From the NCBI GenBank assembly GCA_039630485.1, contig JBCNUX010000003.1, positions 2,509 to 66,508 on the forward strand: a DNA stretch of 64,000 nt. Direction: 5' to 3'. This document shows positions 37,059 through 45,885 of the stretch, in pieces. A program made the position numbers and the translations under genes. Below the pieces are notes generated by a model. The model saw only the letters and a program-made list of their open reading frames with translations. It did not search any database and was not told the DNA's origin. Position 1 is the first letter of the stretch. Each line of letters opens with the position of its first letter. The DNA is from Chlorobiota bacterium (GTDB lineage: Bacteria > Bacteroidota > Ignavibacteria > Kapaibacteriales > HRBIN21).

Positions 37059-38768
37059 GTGAGCCATTCGCAAATGCGTGCCGTAGAGGGGCGCCAAATC
37101 CCCGGACGCCGTTGGTTGGTGCGGCTCGTGGGCATTGGGCTATCTGCTGGCTTCATACTTGTGTGGGCACGGCTTGCTATGCTCCATCTCTTCGCCAGTC
37201 CCGGGCTGCGGGAGGCACTCCACGGGCAGGCATATGTCTCTGTGCTGTCACTGCCTCAACGCGGGCGCGTCGTGGATTGCCGAGGCGAGACGATTGCTGA
37301 GAGCGTCCAGGGGATATCGTACGGAGTTGACCCGGCAATGGTGCGGTGTGCGGAATGCCTCTGCCGGCGGGTGCAGGAAGTGCTGGCCATCCCGGAAGCG
37401 GAGTGCTTGGAGCGGATTGCTACGGCAAAGGGGCGCTTCTTCTGGCTGCGCCGTGGTATTTGGGGTAAGGAGACGCTTGGGCTGGACACACTCTCGGAGC
37501 CTGGACTGGTGCGGCTGCGCGAGCGTGTGCGTGTCTATCCGCACGGTGACCTCTTCCTGCCAGCCGTGGGCAGCGTTGGCGTAGACCAACAAGGGCTGTC
37601 AGGGTTGGAGCTCGTCTACGACTCCCTGCTGCGGAAGAACCCAGAGCCAATCGTGATGCGCCGCGATGCTCGGGGATACCTCTCGCCCCAGGTGGAACAT
37701 GTCCTGGAATCCAGCAAGCGCCCACCGATGCTACGGACGACGCTGGATGGTGAGCTCCAGCGCATTGTGGCTTACGAACTATCCGAAGGCATACGCCGGG
37801 TAAAGGCCGCTTCTGGTTTGGCGCTAGCGATAGAGCCGTCCACTGGTGCCGTGCGGGCTATGGTGGTCGTTCCTACACCGCCGCGTGGGAGCGCTCATGC
37901 GCCGATCGTCAGCGACGTCTACGAACCTGGGTCTGTCCTCAAGCCCCTCATAGTAGCGGCAGCCCTAGAGCAAGGGCTTTTGCGCCTGTCGGATACCCTC
38001 TTCGGGCATCATGGAGTATGGGACGGTGGTGGCTACCGGATCGCCGACGAGCACCCGCTGGGGTACACAACATTGCGGGAAGCACTAGCATGGTCTAGCA
38101 ACATTGTCTTCGCCAAAGTAGCCCAAGGCCTGTCCCCTCGACTCCTGTATCGCTACATCCGTGACTTCGGCTGTGGGCTTCCGACGGGCATCGAACTGCC
38201 CGGCGAAGCGCCTGGGATTGTCCCGAAGCCACACCAGTTCCAGCCTTTGACTCCGCTCTTCTGGGGCTTCGGCTACGGGTTAGCCGTGACCCCACTCCAG
38301 CTAGCCTGCGCTTACGCTGCCATTGCCAATGATGGCGTCCTGATGCGCCCGTACTTGGTAGAGGCGGTGCTGGGTCCAGATGGGACGGAGCTCCAGAAGT
38401 TCTCCCCACAGCCTGTCCGCAGGGTTTTGACGGTCCCGGTAGCGCAGCAGCTCCGGCAGCTTCTCCGGAGTGTGGTAGAGGAGGGGACGGGGCAGCCTGC
38501 CTATCTTGCAGGGATTGCCGTTGCAGGCAAGACGGGGACGGCGCAGCAGCTTGTTGGAGGGCAGTATAGCCGCGAACACCATACGGCCTCGTTCGTGGCC
38601 CTCTTCCCGGCGGACCGTCCTCGGTTGGTGCTGCTGGTGATGCTCCTGCGCCCACAAGGAGGCGGCTCCGGGGGACATACCGCTGCCCCGGTCGTCCGCC
38701 GAATCCTCCAGCGGATGATGGCTCATCCGCGCTTGAGCTGGTACGTTGTGCCTGACGGCACTGCCTAA
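37059..38768 (+). CDS. penicillin-binding protein (class B transpeptidase, FtsI/PBP2-like)
   Basis: N-terminal TM anchor, then SxxK (GSVLKP), SxN (WSSN) and KTG (GKTGTA) motifs. GTG start. Confidence 0.88.
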   Translation: MSHSQMRAVEGRQIPGRRWLVRLVGIGLSAGFILVWARLAMLHLFASPGLREALHGQAYVSVLSLPQRGRVVDCRGETIAESVQGISYGVDPAMVRCAECLCRRVQEVLAIPEAECLERIATAKGRFFWLRRGIWGKETLGLDTLSEPGLVRLRERVRVYPHGDLFLPAVGSVGVDQQGLSGLELVYDSLLRKNPEPIVMRRDARGYLSPQVEHVLESSKRPPMLRTTLDGELQRIVAYELSEGIRRVKAASGLALAIEPSTGAVRAMVVVPTPPRGSAHAPIVSDVYEPGSVLKPLIVAAALEQGLLRLSDTLFGHHGVWDGGGYRIADEHPLGYTTLREALAWSSNIVFAKVAQGLSPRLLYRYIRDFGCGLPTGIELPGEAPGIVPKPHQFQPLTPLFWGFGYGLAVTPLQLACAYAAIANDGVLMRPYLVEAVLGPDGTELQKFSPQPVRRVLTVPVAQQLRQLLRSVVEEGTGQPAYLAGIAVAGKTGTAQQLVGGQYSREHHTASFVALFPADRPRLVLLVMLLRPQGGGSGGHTAAPVVRRILQRMMAHPRLSWYVVPDGTA

Positions 38769-38816
38769 GGGCGGCGTTCGTCATAGCCTGCGTGCATCCA
38801 CGGTGTCCTCAGCAGA

Positions 38817-39563
38817 GTGATGGAGCAGCCTGCGTCGGAACGTACAGCCTGGATCCAAGGGGTGCGCTACCTCTTGCGGCCCAGCCACCTGGTACCCCTG
38901 CTCGGAGCTCATGCTGGTAAGGTCTTTGCAATGGCCCTGCTCTGTATGACGGGAGCGTCGGTGGTAGTCAATTGGCTCTACGCCGAAAACCCGACGCTCC
39001 GAGAGCAGATGCGTCGTATGGCTGAGCAGCGGCTTGAGGACTACTTCGCCCGGCATCCGGAGATCACCGAGCAGCAGCAGGCAGAGATCCGCCAGCGCTT
39101 GCAGGAGGGATTGGCCTTCTCGCTACCGCGGAGCCTGCTCGGAGGGCTGTTTACGAATGTCATCACACTACTGTCGCTTGCGGGGCTCCTGTGGCTACGG
39201 CAGCCGCTTGTTGGGGTACAGTGGAAGAGCTTATCGTTTGCGGTTCTGGTGACGGCTCTGGGATACTGTAGCCTCGTAGGCGCAGCAGGTGAGGTCATCA
39301 CCGCGGTCGTCCAGACACTTGGGGGGTCCATTCAGATACAGCCTGGACTTGCCCTGTTCGTTCCATACGGGGCTGACCCGACGCTGTTTTCTGTGCTGTC
39401 GCGGATGCACGTCGGGGCGATTGCGCAGTTCGGCATGCTGGGGTACCTCTTTGGGCGAGCGGCAGCGATACCTTTGTGGCGTGGGATGGTGTGGAGCTTC
39501 GCTGCCTGGGGGCTGTGGTTAGGAGCAATCTACGCAATGGCAGTCGTTGTTCTCCGCGGGTGA
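38817..39563 (+). CDS. polytopic membrane protein (Yip1-like?)
   Basis: About five hydrophobic helices with no catalytic motifs. The family assignment is tentative. Confidence 0.4.
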   Translation: MMEQPASERTAWIQGVRYLLRPSHLVPLLGAHAGKVFAMALLCMTGASVVVNWLYAENPTLREQMRRMAEQRLEDYFARHPEITEQQQAEIRQRLQEGLAFSLPRSLLGGLFTNVITLLSLAGLLWLRQPLVGVQWKSLSFAVLVTALGYCSLVGAAGEVITAVVQTLGGSIQIQPGLALFVPYGADPTLFSVLSRMHVGAIAQFGMLGYLFGRAAAIPLWRGMVWSFAAWGLWLGAIYAMAVVVLRG

Positions 39564-39573
39564 GCAGAATCGG

Positions 39574-39581
39574 TATTTTTG
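39574..39581 (+). promoter_or_regulatory. -7 promoter box TATTTTTG upstream of single-domain response regulator
   Basis: Exact TAnnTTTG match 17 nt before the ATG at 39598. The 12-mer TATTTTTGTGCC is identical to the one upstream of uvrA. Confidence 0.4.
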
Positions 39582-39597
39582 TGCCGGATGGCTTACA

Positions 39598-40101
39598 ATG
39601 GAGGATAAAGCTGTGAGCGCCCCATACGTGCTTGTAGTGGATGACAACCGGATTACGGTCAAGCTTCTGCGGCGCTACCTTGAGAAGTACGGTTACGAGG
39701 TTGGTGAGGCATACGATGGAACGGAGTGTCTGGAGGCCGTTGCGCAACGTCTACCCGATGCGATCGTACTGGATGTCATGATGCCACAAATGGACGGTTA
39801 TACGACAGTTCAGCGGCTGCGACAGAACCCTGCGACAGCGCTGGTCCCGGTAGTAATTGTAACAGCCCTCAACGATGCTCCGAACCAGGTTCGAGCGATA
39901 GAAGCGGGAGCGGATGACTTTCTCGGCAAGCCCGTCGACGAGCGTCTGCTGGTCGCGAAGGTGCGTCTCCTGGCGACTCTCAGCCGGCTACGGCGGATGT
40001 GTCAGCTCCTGTACCACCACGTCCACCAGAATGGAGTCCCCATACCGCCAGAGATCCGTGAGCTATGGAGCTCCCTTGGCTTTACCGAGCAGCCCTCCTG
40101 A
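39598..40101 (+). CDS. CheY-like response regulator (receiver domain plus short C-terminal extension)
   Basis: VLVVDDNRIT…AIVLDVMMPQMDG…VVIVTAL…GADDFLGKP. No DNA-binding domain. Confidence 0.8.
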   Translation: MEDKAVSAPYVLVVDDNRITVKLLRRYLEKYGYEVGEAYDGTECLEAVAQRLPDAIVLDVMMPQMDGYTTVQRLRQNPATALVPVVIVTALNDAPNQVRAIEAGADDFLGKPVDERLLVAKVRLLATLSRLRRMCQLLYHHVHQNGVPIPPEIRELWSSLGFTEQPS

Positions 40102-40685
40102 GCGTTCTCTGGGTGGGGACCTCTGGCTGCCAGGCAGTCCGCCAAGTCACAGAGGCACTCGTCGGCGTTGAGCGCCTCCAGTTCCGCCTTGACGGCATTA
40201 CAGATGTCCGGTTGGCTGGGATCTCTTTAGGGCAGAAGCAAAGGATCAGCGACTTTAGCGCTGTAGAAGCAGCACAGTTGCTGGCATCCTATCGCGCTCG
40301 AAGCTTGCCGGTGGACTTCGTACTCCAGGTGGCGGTCCGAAATCCAAACGATGGTATTGCGGGACGCCGTCAGCTCCCAATTCGGTTGGCGGCAATGGAG
40401 TGGAGATTGCTGCTGGATGAGGTTCCTACGATACGAGGGGCGCTGGCACAGCCGGTGGAGATTGCCGGTGGCGCAGAGACGTTGTTGCCTCTGCAAATTA
40501 GGGTGGACCTGGTAGAGTTCTTCCAGCAGCGGCAGTATGAGGATATGCTCCGCCTGGCACTGGAGCTTGGCCAAGGGCAACTGTCTCGAGTTTCACTGGA
40601 CGTTCAGCCGACGCTCCAAACTCCTGTTGGGGAGATCCGTTATCCGAGGCCAGTCCGGGTGGTAGCGGCAGAGTTCCGTCCGTAA
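40065..40685 (+). CDS. hypothetical lipoprotein (LEA-2/NDR1-like beta-sandwich?)
   Basis: Signal peptide plus lipobox-like LWVGTSGC, with a beta-rich body. Family uncertain. Confidence 0.45.
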   Translation: MELPWLYRAALLSVLWVGTSGCQAVRQVTEALVGVERLQFRLDGITDVRLAGISLGQKQRISDFSAVEAAQLLASYRARSLPVDFVLQVAVRNPNDGIAGRRQLPIRLAAMEWRLLLDEVPTIRGALAQPVEIAGGAETLLPLQIRVDLVEFFQQRQYEDMLRLALELGQGQLSRVSLDVQPTLQTPVGEIRYPRPVRVVAAEFRP

Positions 40686-40692
40686 CCGCTCC

Positions 40693-41736
40693 ATGGAAGA
40701 GATCTTGTGGCTCGTGCTCTGGGGTACTCTGCTGGTGCAGATTGCCTTAAATCTCTGGCGGGGCGTGGTGGAGGAAGAGCCATGGATGCTCATGGCTGAG
40801 CGCTCGGGTGAGGAAGTGCGTCTACACCGAGCTGTGCTGAGCTTTTGGGAGACCGTTGCCGAGGGGGCCTTTCTCTTCGCTGTCTTCTTCTTGCTGCAAC
40901 GGTGGGGACTACCGATGTGGGGACAGCTCGTGGGGGTAGCGGTGGCAATATTCCTCGTGGGGTGCCTGAGGCCGGTGGCCCAGGTGGTGGGGATGTTGTA
41001 CCCGGAGCCCCTCTTCCGAGCGCTGCGAGGCCTCTCCTGGCTGCTCCAGCGGACGGAGGCTCCCTGGCGCTTCTTGCTGCGCTGGCTCCCCCGTCGCCAA
41101 GAAGCGGAGCTCGTGCGACAAGAGCTTTCTGCTGTCGTGGAGACAGCCCGCCAAGAGGGGGCCTTGGAGCCGGAAGAGTACCGGCTGGTGACGAACCTCA
41201 TGCGCCTCCGGAATATTCGAGTCGCTGACGTCATGACGCCCCGTACGGTGATGGTCTCCTGCCCCGCGGACATCAGCGTGCGGGATGCTCTCCGTATCCC
41301 TGAGCTCCGAAACTACTCACGAATCCCCGTGTGGGAAGGGGAGCCGGATACGATCATTGGCTACGTGCTGACGAAGGAGCTCCTTTGGGCCTTCTGGGAG
41401 GGCAGAGCGGAGACCCCTGTTCGGCAGCTCGTTCGCGAGGTCCACTTCTTGCCCGAGACCTTGGAACTGGACCATGCGCTGGAGGCCTTCTTGGAGAAGC
41501 GGCAGCACCTCTTCGTCGTCGTGGATGAGTACGGAGGCATAGAGGGGATTCTGACGCTGGAGGACATCGTGGAGACGCTGCTGGGAGTAGAAATCGTTGA
41601 CGAGGCGGACAAGGTTGCTGACCTCCGCGAGCTTGCAAAACTGCTACGGCAGGAGCGGATTGCGCGTTCTCGAGGAGTGTCAGCTGGAGGGATCCAGTCA
41701 GCAGAGGGGCAGGACAAAGAGAGCATGGAAGCGTGA
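40693..41736 (+). CDS. CNNM/DUF21 + CBS-pair membrane protein (CorC/HlyC-type transporter-associated)
   Basis: N-terminal TM helices, then a CBS pair (…VADVMTPR…; …HLFVVVDEYGGIEGILTLEDIVE…). Confidence 0.8.
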   Translation: MEEILWLVLWGTLLVQIALNLWRGVVEEEPWMLMAERSGEEVRLHRAVLSFWETVAEGAFLFAVFFLLQRWGLPMWGQLVGVAVAIFLVGCLRPVAQVVGMLYPEPLFRALRGLSWLLQRTEAPWRFLLRWLPRRQEAELVRQELSAVVETARQEGALEPEEYRLVTNLMRLRNIRVADVMTPRTVMVSCPADISVRDALRIPELRNYSRIPVWEGEPDTIIGYVLTKELLWAFWEGRAETPVRQLVREVHFLPETLELDHALEAFLEKRQHLFVVVDEYGGIEGILTLEDIVETLLGVEIVDEADKVADLRELAKLLRQERIARSRGVSAGGIQSAEGQDKESMEA

Positions 41737-41769
41737 ACACGGCTGGGATGGAATTGGAAGAGGGCGCTG

Positions 41770-41777
41770 TAAGTTTG
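41770..41777 (+). promoter_or_regulatory. -7 promoter box TAAGTTTG upstream of HU-like gene
   Basis: Exact TAnnTTTG match 30 nt upstream of the ATG at 41807, in the intergenic spacer. Confidence 0.4.
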
Positions 41778-41806
41778 CCTTGCTGTAGCTTGAGCAAGGG
41801 GGTAGG

Positions 41807-42088
41807 ATGCGACGTCAGGATGCAGTGCGGTACGTGAGCCAGAAGACGGGAATCCAGCCGTCGCGGGTGCGCGCCGTGCTTGAGCACCTTCTAGAGTTCG
41901 TCCAGGAACAGGTTGCGCGGGGTGAGCGGGTTGACTTTCGGGGATTTGGGGCGTTCTTCCTGCGGTGGCGGCGTCCGCGGATGGCCCGCAATCCACGGAC
42001 AGGCGAGCCTGTTCCCGTCGGCGAGCGACGTGTGCCAGACTTTAAGCCTTCGCCGAAGTTCATCCGAAGGGTTCAGCAGCAAGGTTGA
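41807..42088 (+). CDS. HU/IHF-family DNA-binding protein
   Basis: …VDFRGFGAFFLRWRRPRMARNPRTGEPVPVGERRVPDFKPS… is the canonical beta-arm motif (RNPxTGE). Confidence 0.9.
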   Translation: MRRQDAVRYVSQKTGIQPSRVRAVLEHLLEFVQEQVARGERVDFRGFGAFFLRWRRPRMARNPRTGEPVPVGERRVPDFKPSPKFIRRVQQQG

Positions 42089-42097
42089 GGTGGGTCC

Positions 42098-42655
42098 GTG
42101 CGGAGCTGGGGCATTGCTGTAGCAGTTGTTGTCGTATTGAGCCTTGGCTCCTGGCTGCTGAAACAAGTCTCCCGTCCGGTGCCTGCCTCGGCAACGGCAG
42201 GGGAGCCGGAGCTGCCCCAAGAACAGCAACGGCGCCTGAGCATGCTCCAGCAGCAGTTGGCACAGGACTCTACCAACCTGGTCGCTGTGCTGGAGTTGGC
42301 GAATCTCTACTACGACATAGGACGTTTCACCGAAGCAGTCCCGCTCTACCAGCGCTATCTGGCAGCCGATCCAGGCCAGGCCGAAGTGCGGATAGACTAC
42401 GCCTATGCCCTCTTCGCTAGCGGTCAGCAGGCGGCGGGAATCAGGGAGCTGCGTCGGGTATTGGAGCGCTTCCCTGATCACCCGATTGCGCTCTTCAATC
42501 TCGGCGTGCTCTTAGCCCAGTCTGGCGACCTCCAAGGGGCTCGGCAATCATTTGAGGAGCTTATCCGTCTGCATCCCGTGCTCCCTCTGGCCGAGAGGGC
42601 GCGGCAGGCACTACGGACGATAGACTCGCTCCAGGCAAGTTCCACAAAACCGTAA
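42098..42655 (+). CDS. membrane-anchored TPR protein
   Basis: N-terminal hydrophobic helix, then TPR-like repeats (LANLYYDIGRFTEAVPLYQRYL…, FNLGVLLAQSGDLQGARQSF…). GTG start. Confidence 0.6.
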   Translation: MRSWGIAVAVVVVLSLGSWLLKQVSRPVPASATAGEPELPQEQQRRLSMLQQQLAQDSTNLVAVLELANLYYDIGRFTEAVPLYQRYLAADPGQAEVRIDYAYALFASGQQAAGIRELRRVLERFPDHPIALFNLGVLLAQSGDLQGARQSFEELIRLHPVLPLAERARQALRTIDSLQASSTKP

Positions 42656-42662
42656 GAGGCCG

Positions 42663-42755
42663 ATGCCGTGCGGTCGGAAGCGCAAGCGCTACAAGATGAA
42701 TCGGCACAAGCTCAAGAAGCGGCGTCGGAAGAATCGCCACAAGAAGAAGCGGTGA
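42663..42755 (+). CDS. 30-aa highly basic sORF, bS22 / AURKAIP1-COX24-like ribosomal protein candidate
   Basis: Read by hand; it is below the ORF-track length cutoff. It encodes MPCGRKRKRYKMNRHKLKKRRRKNRHKKKR*, 7 nt after the TPR stop and 30 nt before the next gene. Confidence 0.6.
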   Translation: MPCGRKRKRYKMNRHKLKKRRRKNRHKKKR

Positions 42756-42785
42756 TGTAGCTGCTCCCCTGGGGGAGCGGGCACT

Positions 42786-43811
42786 ATGGCGCTGCGTAAG
42801 ATAGACGCCCATGCCCACATCGTGCCTCCTAAGTGGCCTGATCTGAAGAGCCGCTTTGGCTACGGAGGCTTCATCCGGATGGAGCACTATGCCCCCGGGC
42901 GGGCTCGAATGGTGCGTGATGATGGGGTGGTCTTCCGGGAGCTGCAAGAGAACAGTTGGAACCCGGAGTGCATCCTACAGGACATGGACCGGCACGGGGT
43001 GGAGAAGATGGTGCTCTCCACGGTGCCGGTGCTCTTCTACTACTGGGCCCGCCCAAGGGACTGCTACGAGTGGTCCCGGTTCCTCAACGACCATCTGGCG
43101 GAGGTGGTCGCCCGTTTCCCGAAGCGGTTCTTGGCGCTTGGAACGGTCCCTCTGCAGGATGTAGACTACGCCATTCGCGAGCTGGAGCGCTGTGTCCGGG
43201 AGCTTGGCTTCCCAGGGGTGGAGATTGGCTCCAACGTGAATGGGCGGAACCTAGATGATCCCGAGCTCTTTCCCTTCTACGAAGCGGCCCAGGAGCTTGG
43301 CGCTGCACTTTTCGTCCATCCGTGGCAGATGTTGGGGCGCGAGCGGCTACAGCGTTACTTCTTGGAGTGGCTCGTTGGAATGCCGGCGGAGACGACAGCA
43401 GCTATCTGCTGCTTCATCTTCGGAGGAGTCTTCGACCGATTTCCTCGGCTGCGCGTCCTCTTCGCCCACGGAGGTGGCTCCTTTGCTTTCACGCTGGGCA
43501 GGATTACGAAAGGGTATGAGGCGCGCCCGGATCTCTGCAACGTCAATGCCGTCAGCAATCCCCGAGCGTACGTAGGGCGTTTTTGGGTTGACACCGTCAC
43601 GCATGATCCGCGAGCCCTCCGCTTCTTGCTGGAGACCTTTGGCCCCAACCGAGTGGTCTACGGCACCGATTACCCCTTCCCGCTGGGCGACCTGGAGCAC
43701 GGACGCTTCATTGAGGAGATGGGATTGCCTGAAGACGTGCTCCACCGCATCTTTGTGGAGAATGTGCAAGAGTTCCTTGGGCTGACGCAGCCGGCAGCGC
43801 TTCGGTCATGA
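42786..43811 (+). CDS. amidohydrolase-2 family decarboxylase (ACMSD-like)
   Basis: KIDAHAHIVPPKWP… N-terminus and the FAHGGGSF…GTDYPFP metal-ligand pattern typical of ACMSD-type enzymes. Confidence 0.78.
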   Translation: MALRKIDAHAHIVPPKWPDLKSRFGYGGFIRMEHYAPGRARMVRDDGVVFRELQENSWNPECILQDMDRHGVEKMVLSTVPVLFYYWARPRDCYEWSRFLNDHLAEVVARFPKRFLALGTVPLQDVDYAIRELERCVRELGFPGVEIGSNVNGRNLDDPELFPFYEAAQELGAALFVHPWQMLGRERLQRYFLEWLVGMPAETTAAICCFIFGGVFDRFPRLRVLFAHGGGSFAFTLGRITKGYEARPDLCNVNAVSNPRAYVGRFWVDTVTHDPRALRFLLETFGPNRVVYGTDYPFPLGDLEHGRFIEEMGLPEDVLHRIFVENVQEFLGLTQPAALRS

Positions 43812-45100
43812 GGAGCGAGTACGAGGCAACGGAGGAGTATGCCCGGCACTTGGATGACTCCGACCCCATAGCGGAGTTTCGCCAGCGCTTCTTCATTCCA
43901 CGCCGAGACGGCGAAGAACTCGTCTACTTCTGCGGCAACTCGCTGGGGTTACTGCCCAAAGAGGCGGAAGCAGCAGTCCACGAAGAACTTCGCCGTTGGG
44001 CTGAGTTGGCAGTGGATGGGCACTTCCACGGCCCACTCCCGTGGTTTTCGTACCACCGCACAGTGACGGAGTACCTTGCCGAGCTGGCGGGAGTGCAGCC
44101 ACACGAAGTCGTGGCGATGAACTCGCTATCGGTTAACCTCCACTTGCTCCTCGCCAGCTTCTATCGGCCGGCTGGGCGACGCACCAAAATCCTCATGGAG
44201 CACTACCCCTTCCCTTCAGACCTCTACGTTGCCCAGACACACCTGCGATGGCACGGACTGGAACCCAGCCGGCACATCGTTCTCGTCGAGCCCCCGCCAG
44301 ATAGGCATTCCTTGCGCACGGAGGACATCCGTTCCCGCATTGCAGAGCTCGGAGAAGAGTTGGCCCTTGTCTTCCTCAGCGGCGTGCATTACTACACCGG
44401 ACAGCGATTCGAGATTGAGCCAATTGTGCAGGCGGCCCACGCCGTGGGGGCACATGTCATCTTGGACTTGGCCCATGCTATCGGCAACGTGGAACTCCGG
44501 CTCCATGCGTGGGGAGTGGACGCTGCGGCATGGTGCTCGTACAAATACCTCAACTCTGGCCCAGGTGGGGTCGGCGGCATCTTCGTCCACGAGCGGCATG
44601 CCACTGATAGAAGCAGGGTGCGGTTAGGGGGATGGTGGGGGACTCCGGAGGAGACTCGCTTTCGCCTCTTGCCAGAGTTCCTCCCAGCACTTGGAGCGGA
44701 GGGATGGCAGCTCAGCAATGCCCCAGTCTTGCCCCTGGCGGTCCATCGCATAGCGCTCCGGCTCTTCCATGAGGCTGGCTTTGAGCTGCTCTGCGCGAAG
44801 CGGGACCAGCTCAGCAGCTACGCTGAATACTGGATTGAGACTGTGCGTCAGGCGGTACCCAGAGCCCCTCTGCGCCTTCTGACGCCCTCTGATCTTCGCC
44901 ATCGGGGGTGCCAGCTTTCGCTCTGGATTGGTGAGAACGGCCAAGAGCTTTACAAGTGGCTCCGGGCTGCTGGGATCGTCGTGGATTGGCGAGAGCCGAA
45001 CGTTATACGGCTGGCCCCTGTGCCGCTCTACAACAGCTTCCGGGACGTCTACACCTTCGGAAGGGCACTGCTGGAGGCAGCGCGGGCTCTATGGGGGTAG
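43808..45100 (+). CDS. kynU: kynureninase
   Basis: …FCGNSLGL…WFSYH…NSLSVNLHLLL…WCSYKYLNSGPG… matches the PLP-lysine region of kynureninases. The ATG overlaps the upstream stop (ATGA). Confidence 0.88.
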   Translation: MRSEYEATEEYARHLDDSDPIAEFRQRFFIPRRDGEELVYFCGNSLGLLPKEAEAAVHEELRRWAELAVDGHFHGPLPWFSYHRTVTEYLAELAGVQPHEVVAMNSLSVNLHLLLASFYRPAGRRTKILMEHYPFPSDLYVAQTHLRWHGLEPSRHIVLVEPPPDRHSLRTEDIRSRIAELGEELALVFLSGVHYYTGQRFEIEPIVQAAHAVGAHVILDLAHAIGNVELRLHAWGVDAAAWCSYKYLNSGPGGVGGIFVHERHATDRSRVRLGGWWGTPEETRFRLLPEFLPALGAEGWQLSNAPVLPLAVHRIALRLFHEAGFELLCAKRDQLSSYAEYWIETVRQAVPRAPLRLLTPSDLRHRGCQLSLWIGENGQELYKWLRAAGIVVDWREPNVIRLAPVPLYNSFRDVYTFGRALLEAARALWG

Positions 45101-45885
45101 GCGTCCAAAGGGATGACATAGCGCTCCAAGAAGCGCTGCACGATTGGCTCGCTGCTCTGCAGCATCTCCTCTGGGGTTCCGACGAAGCGGATGATCCCCT
45201 CGTCGATCAAGGCCACGCGGTGGGCGATCCGGAGAACGGTGAACATATCGTGTGTGATGACGACCGAGGTCACCTGCAGCCGCTGGGCCAGTTCGGCGAT
45301 GAGGGAATCGATCTGCTCGGAGGTGACGGGGTCCAGGCCACTTGTGGGTTCGTCGTAGAAGACGTACTCTGGGTTCCCAACCAGCGCTCGAGCGATCCCC
45401 ACACGCTTGCGCATGCCCCCGGAGAGATCAGCGGGGTACTTGCGGCAGAGGAGCTCGTATTCCCGCTGGAACTCACGGCTACTGGCTTCTTCTAACGGCG
45501 GCAGAAGCCCGACGGCGCTGAGGACGCGCTGCGCCTCGCGGTGCAAGACTTCAGGCTGGCGAATATCGTGCTCGTAGAGTCCGATGACGACGTTCTCGAG
45601 CACGGTCAGCGAGTCGAAGAGTGCTGCGCCCTGGAAGACGTATCCGAAGCGTCGCCGGAGCTGGAACCACTCATCCCGCCGGAGCTTGGTGACCTCTTGC
45701 CCGTCGATCCAGATCGTACCGGAGTCGGGGCGTAGAAGCCCGACGATGTGCTTCAGGAGTACCGTCTTGCCAGAGCCGGAGCGCCCGATGATGCATGTGG
45801 TCTGGCCAGTGGGAATCTTTAGGCAGACGTCCTGGAGGACAACCTTTGGGCCGAAGCGCTTCGTGAGGTGGAGGACTTCAATCAT
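45049..45885 (-). CDS. ABC transporter ATP-binding protein (MlaF/Ttg2A-like)
   Basis: Walker [10 protein letters not shown], signature LSGGMRKR and Walker [12 protein letters not shown]. Confidence 0.85.
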   Translation of the reverse strand: MIEVLHLTKRFGPKVVLQDVCLKIPTGQTTCIIGRSGSGKTVLLKHIVGLLRPDSGTIWIDGQEVTKLRRDEWFQLRRRFGYVFQGAALFDSLTVLENVVIGLYEHDIRQPEVLHREAQRVLSAVGLLPPLEEASSREFQREYELLCRKYPADLSGGMRKRVGIARALVGNPEYVFYDEPTSGLDPVTSEQIDSLIAELAQRLQVTSVVITHDMFTVLRIAHRVALIDEGIIRFVGTPEEMLQSSEPIVQRFLERYVIPLDAYPHRARAASSSALPKV

